DNA from: a bacterium
GTDB taxonomy: Bacteria; UBA8248; JACPRG01; G963555815
Reading direction: 5' to 3'
DNA: 64,000 bases
Assembly (NCBI GenBank): GCA_965261595.1
Contig: CBDHDG010000006.1
Span: 1,312,001 to 1,376,000 of the forward strand
Below, in pieces: positions 59,907 to 64,000 of this stretch. A program made the translations under genes and the position numbers. Within the stretch, counting starts at the first letter, position 1. Every line of letters starts with the position of its first letter. The notes beneath the pieces are model-generated. The model worked only from the letters and a program-made list of their open reading frames with translations. It did not search any database and had not been told where the DNA came from.

Positions 59907-60313
59907 CAAGATGCAAAACGTCGTGAAGAAGGTCCGAAAGCGCAACCAGGAGGCGGTGGTCTCGGGCGCACAAAGGATCTACGAGGCCCACAGCCGCCGG
60001 GCGGCCATCGCCGCCTTTTGGCGATGTGCCAAGCAGTGGCGAGGGCGGGAGCCCAAGGCGGTGGCGTGCATCGAGAGCGACCTCGAGACGTTGTTGGCCC
60101 ACTTCCAAGAGCCCCCCGCCCTTCGGGTCACCCTGCGCACGATAAACCCCATTGAGCGGGTCTTTCGGGAGGTGAGACGAAGAACCAGACCCATGACCGT
60201 CATGAACAACAACGAGTCCCTGGAACGCGTCGCCTACAGCGTGTTCCACCGCATTAACACCTAGTGGGAGACAAACCCTCTCTGCACTTCTACACAAAAC
60301 TCGTGACATTACC
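59907..60313 (+). mobile_element. IS256 3' remnant
   Basis: PKAVAC, LRTINPIERVFREVRRRT, end CTACACAAAACTCGTGACATTACC. Confidence 0.85.
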
Positions 60314-60449
60314 CGAATGCCCCGCCGCCGTCCCGGCCACCGGCCCGCGGATTCTCTTTCCCTTGTCTCGCAATCATTGTAAGATTGGGGTGCCGGTGAA
60401 AGATTGATGGAGGCCCGTAAGGGTGATTTCCTCATGAGGAGAGAGTCCA

Positions 60450-61485
60450 ATGCGAAAAGGGAAGTTTGCAGGCGCCATGGCGGGATTGAGCCTTTTCGCC
60501 TTTCTGATGGGGTCTTGGGCGAGCCCCCGGGGGGCGGCTGGCGCGGAGAAGGTCCGTTTTGTTTTCAACTGGATCCCATACGCCCTGCACACTGGGTTCT
60601 ATGCCGCCAAAGAGCAAGGTTACTATAAAGCGGCCGGTTTCGATGTAACCCTCGACAGGGGCTTCGGATCTTCAAAAACCGCAAGAATGATCGCCGCCGG
60701 CGTAGCCGATCTCGGGCTCGCTGATTTTCCGGCGGTCATCCGCGGCCGCGCGACCGCGGGCATGGAAATCAAGGCGGTCGGCATCCTTCTGGACAGAAGC
60801 GTCAACGTGATATACGCCCGGGATGACAGGGGGATCAGGAAACCTTCCGACCTGATCGGCAAGACCATCGGGGCCCCGAAAGTCTCGGCGCTGCGATCGA
60901 CCTTTCCCGCGCTCGCAAAGATAAACGGAATCGATCCCAACAGTGTGAAGTGGATCAACATACCTCCAGCCGGCCTCCATGCGGCCGTCCTCAGTGGAAA
61001 GGTCGATTCCATTGCGACCTTCTCCACAAATCGGACCAAAACTTCTGCCCAAAGCCAAGAAGAACAACGTGACGATCATCCCCGTTCTGTTCAGCGACTT
61101 CGGATTGGATCTCTATTCGGTCGCAATGATCGCCCACGATAAGTCCATTAAGGGAAATCCCAACCAGCTTCGAAGATTCGTGGAAGCCTCTTGGAGGGGG
61201 GTCGCCTACGCGGTTGAGAACCCTGGCCAGGGTGTCAAGGACTTGCTCAAGAACCAGAAAACCCTCAGCGAAGCCACCGAAAGAAGGGTGTGGCGGATTG
61301 TCGTCAACCACATGCTCACCCCGTACCAAAGAACGCACGGCCTGGGCCAGATGAGCGCCGCGAAAACAAAACTGACCCGGGATATCACGTTCCAAGCCCA
61401 TAACATCACCAAGGACATCCCAATAGAGGACCTTTACACGAACGCCTTCCTTCCCAAGCTCTTCCCCAGCCGAACCTCCTGGTAA
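60450..61485 (+). CDS. ABC substrate-binding protein (NMT1/THI5-like), 1-bp frameshift near 61030
   Basis: Signal peptide. FNWIP, GFGSS, PSDLIGKT, then LYS...LYTNAFLP in shifted frame. Confidence 0.88.
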
Positions 61486-61559
61486 TCACGAAGGGAGGGC
61501 TTGGCGCTATTCGGCCTGGGATGAAGGAAAGGCCGGGCCCACAATCGGCGAATTCGTGA

Positions 61560-61597
61560 GATGCGGCCTCCGGACCCCGGAGGCCGCATCCTTTTTC
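61560..61597 (+). terminator. Probable intrinsic terminator
   Basis: GATGCGGCCTCCGG-acc-CCGGAGGCCGCATC followed by a T-run. Confidence 0.65.
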
Positions 61598-61732
61598 CGC
61601 GCATCTTCGATGGGGAGGGGGAGGAGGGGGGGGACGCGGCCCCTGTCGCCTCCGGCGCCGGCCCTCTTCCATCGCCCTTGATTTTCCTCATGCGCCGAAT
61701 GGGAAAACGATGAACGCAAGGATGCGCATACC

Positions 61733-62491
61733 GTGAGCGGGGAAGAAAAAACCGGCCCCACGGCGCGGATCTACCGCGACGCCTGGGCCTTTGTCCGCGA
61801 GGCCGAGGCCCGCGCCGAGGAGGGGAAGGACCGGACCGCCCGCGCCTACGCCCGGGCGGCCGTCCTGCACGCCTCGTCGGCCGCCGAGGAGTTCCTCGAT
61901 GGGGTCATCCGGCACATCGAGGTCGACCCCGACATCGACGCCAAGACCGACGGAGCGCTCACCGGGCTCCGCGACGGCGTATCCCGAAACCGCCGCCTGG
62001 GCGATGAGTGGAACAAGCTGCTCGCCGTGGTGAAGGCCGTCGGGGACATCCCGGATTCGGAGAACCGCGAAGCGGCGGCCGGACCGCTCAAAGATGAGGT
62101 CCGCAAGAGATTGCTGGACCTGGCCATCACGCACTGCCGCGAGCACCTTCACGACGCGAGGCTCGCGAAGACGTTGGAAAGGCTCACGGACCTCCGATTG
62201 GAGATGGGAAAGCGGACCTTGAAAAACGTTTCACTTGCCAAGCGCTGGTTCGAGGGGGCGACCGGCCTGCCCGGAAGCGGGGCCGGCTCGCGGGAGGCGG
62301 CGGTCCGGGACTTTCAGCGAATTGTCGGGAAGGCCCGCGGGGAATCGGACGCAAGCGGGGCGCCCGACATCACCGTCGAGGAAGCCCGCCTGGCCTGCGG
62401 CGCCGTCCGGTCGATGATCGCGAGCGTCTGCGGCGCGGCGGGCCGGAAGGTCCCCCAATGGGTCCGGGAGATCCACGACCGGCTGCCCTGA
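61733..62491 (+). CDS. Hypothetical helical protein
   Basis: 252-aa ORF with high-GC3 codons. Confidence 0.65.
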   Translation: MSGEEKTGPTARIYRDAWAFVREAEARAEEGKDRTARAYARAAVLHASSAAEEFLDGVIRHIEVDPDIDAKTDGALTGLRDGVSRNRRLGDEWNKLLAVVKAVGDIPDSENREAAAGPLKDEVRKRLLDLAITHCREHLHDARLAKTLERLTDLRLEMGKRTLKNVSLAKRWFEGATGLPGSGAGSREAAVRDFQRIVGKARGESDASGAPDITVEEARLACGAVRSMIASVCGAAGRKVPQWVREIHDRLP

Positions 62492-62587
62492 GCGGCCCGT
62501 CGCGGCATATCTCCGGGACAGGAATGACAACGGCGATTCGAGGGGACTGCCATCCTCTCATCCGGACGCAAATGGCAACTTCGGGCT

Positions 62588-63223
62588 TCAGCGCTTGCGG
62601 CCGCGGCGCGGCTGGCCGGCCTCGCCCGTCCTGATCGGCAGGACAACGACGTTTTCCGACTCTTCGAGGTAGCGCACGAACAGGTACTTGTCTTCGATCC
62701 CGTCGGTCAGCTTGTTGGGGAGGCCCTCCTCCGTCCCCGGCTCGATCTTGGCCACGATGAAGTGGTGACGCCCGCTCGTCAGGACCTCGTCCACCGCCTC
62801 GCGCATCTCACCCTCGCTGAAAACGCTGCGCGCGTCCGGTATCCCCGCCCCGTGGGCCATCCCGGCCAGGTCCAACACCCCCGACGTATGGCTCGGCATC
62901 CCCCCGTTGCACTCGTACATCTCGTTGTCGAAGACGAATACGCTCAGGTTCTTCGGCTGACGGTTCGCCAGCGTCGCCAACACCCCCATGTTCATCAATG
63001 CGCTGCCATCCGTCTCCAGGCACAGGACCTGCCGGTGGGGAAGCGCCAGGGCCACGCCCAGGGCCACCGGAATGTGGCACCCCAGCGCCATCATGTAGAG
63101 GCTCGCCCCCCGAGGCGCCGGCCGCGCGTTGAACCATTCATTCTGAATCCCCCCAAGCGACACGACGCAAAGCTCGTCCTTCAAGCTCGCGGCCAGAACC
63201 TTCAGGGCCTGGTACCGGGTCAT
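62588..63223 (-). CDS. Second ComE-like TPP decarboxylase beta subunit
   Basis: ETDGSALMNMG...DNEMYE. ATGA overlap. Confidence 0.88.
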   Translation of the reverse strand: MTRYQALKVLAASLKDELCVVSLGGIQNEWFNARPAPRGASLYMMALGCHIPVALGVALALPHRQVLCLETDGSALMNMGVLATLANRQPKNLSVFVFDNEMYECNGGMPSHTSGVLDLAGMAHGAGIPDARSVFSEGEMREAVDEVLTSGRHHFIVAKIEPGTEEGLPNKLTDGIEDKYLFVRYLEESENVVVLPIRTGEAGQPRRGRKR

Positions 63224-63720
63224 TGCACGATCTCCCCGCTGAACACCACCGCTACGTGATACTTCGAGCTGTCGGCCGTCTTGTACGCGTTGCCGATGGC
63301 CCGCTTGATCTCTTCCGCTTTGCGGACGATGACGTAAGGAATGCGCAGCGTCTGAAGCAGCGGCTCCATCGTGATCCCGTGCGGGATGCCGTACCACTGC
63401 TCCTCGCCCACGTCCCCCCGGTAGCTCATCAACATCACGACCGGAATGCCGTGCGTCATACCGAGACGGGCCAGGGACTCGGTGGCGACGCGAAGCCCCG
63501 AGTTCTCCATGATCAGCGCCGCCCGCTTGCCGGTCAGCCACACCCCGGCCGCGATCGACGCCCCCTCCCCCTCGTTGGTCACGGGGACGTGCTCGAATTC
63601 GGGATCCCGGGAAACCTTCACGAACACCTGCTTGAGATAGGACTCCGGCAGGGTGCAGACGATGCTCACCCCCGCCTCCTTCAATCCCTCAATCACCAGG
63701 TCCGCGCAACCCTCTTTCAC
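63220..63720 (-). CDS. Second ComD-like TPP decarboxylase alpha subunit
   Basis: LPES, NEGEGASIAAG, MENSG, MSYRGD. GTG start after GAGGT. Confidence 0.88.
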   Translation of the reverse strand: MKEGCADLVIEGLKEAGVSIVCTLPESYLKQVFVKVSRDPEFEHVPVTNEGEGASIAAGVWLTGKRAALIMENSGLRVATESLARLGMTHGIPVVMLMSYRGDVGEEQWYGIPHGITMEPLLQTLRIPYVIVRKAEEIKRAIGNAYKTADSSKYHVAVVFSGEIVQ

Positions 63721-63827
63721 TTCGCACCTCGCATGGAGAATGAACCCGCCTTTCGCACGAAATTCCAACTCCCCTGGCATGGTTTAACAGGCGGGTCCGC
63801 TGGTCCGCAAACTTGGCCGTCAGGGAA

Positions 63828-64000
63828 TCATTCGACGGGCACCGGCGTCACCAGCTCGTTCGTATAATACGAATCGAGGGGCAACGGGTTCTTCAGGCCG
63901 CCGAATTCCTTCAGGATGTCGATCGTTTGCTTCCAGTCCTCTCTCGCCATCCAGCCCAAGGGTTTTGATTTCGTGTTCTCGGTGTGCAAGAGGGTCATGG
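63828..64000 (-). CDS. C-terminus of NMT1/THI5-like substrate-binding protein (window edge)
   Basis: KPLGWMAREDWKQT...YYTNELV, similar to the end of 50583-51587. Confidence 0.8.
   Translation of the reverse strand, partial: MTLLHTENTKSKPLGWMAREDWKQTIDILKEFGGLKNPLPLDSYYTNELVTPVPVE

Noticed and set aside
1..64000. CRISPR array, retron or reverse transcriptase
   Set aside because: No regularly spaced repeat-spacer series and no cas or RT motifs seen by eye

Overview
High-GC bacterial DNA in three parts. (1) 1-27.6 kb is a co-oriented, plus-strand backbone of a plasmid- or ICE-like element: SRAP, AAA ATPase, PAPS-reductase family, ParB, GHKL ATPase, DUF2958, strawberry-notch MTase/helicase, SSB, Toprim, DUF4326, DUF2493 and RHH. 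It is invaded by a RIT (recombinase-in-trio) element with 91-bp perfect terminal inverted repeats plus a 32-bp palindrome, a transposase-free IS1595-like cassette nested in ritA, an IS3, and an intact IS110. All four guide segments of the IS110 left-end bridge RNA match its own target and donor junctions. (2) 27.7-46.2 kb is a decayed accessory/defence region: HNH and PD-(D/E)XK nucleases, a trypsin-like protease, RES and HEPN remnants, a large serine recombinase reading through a tRNA-like att, DUF429, a cysteine desulfurase remnant, and IS21, IS3, IS30, IS481, IS66 and IS1380 pieces. (3) 46.4-64 kb holds host-like metabolic genes: a GntR-led operon with two SdhA/AprA-family flavoprotein + ferredoxin pairs, a ComDE-like TPP decarboxylase and a sulfonate-type ABC transporter, then an amidohydrolase, more IS remnants, a 235-bp MITE and a second ComDE-like pair. 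Many 1-bp frameshifts fall in homopolymer runs and may be sequencing errors. No CRISPR array, rRNA or intact tRNA was seen. Family assignments come from motif recognition only; no searches were run.
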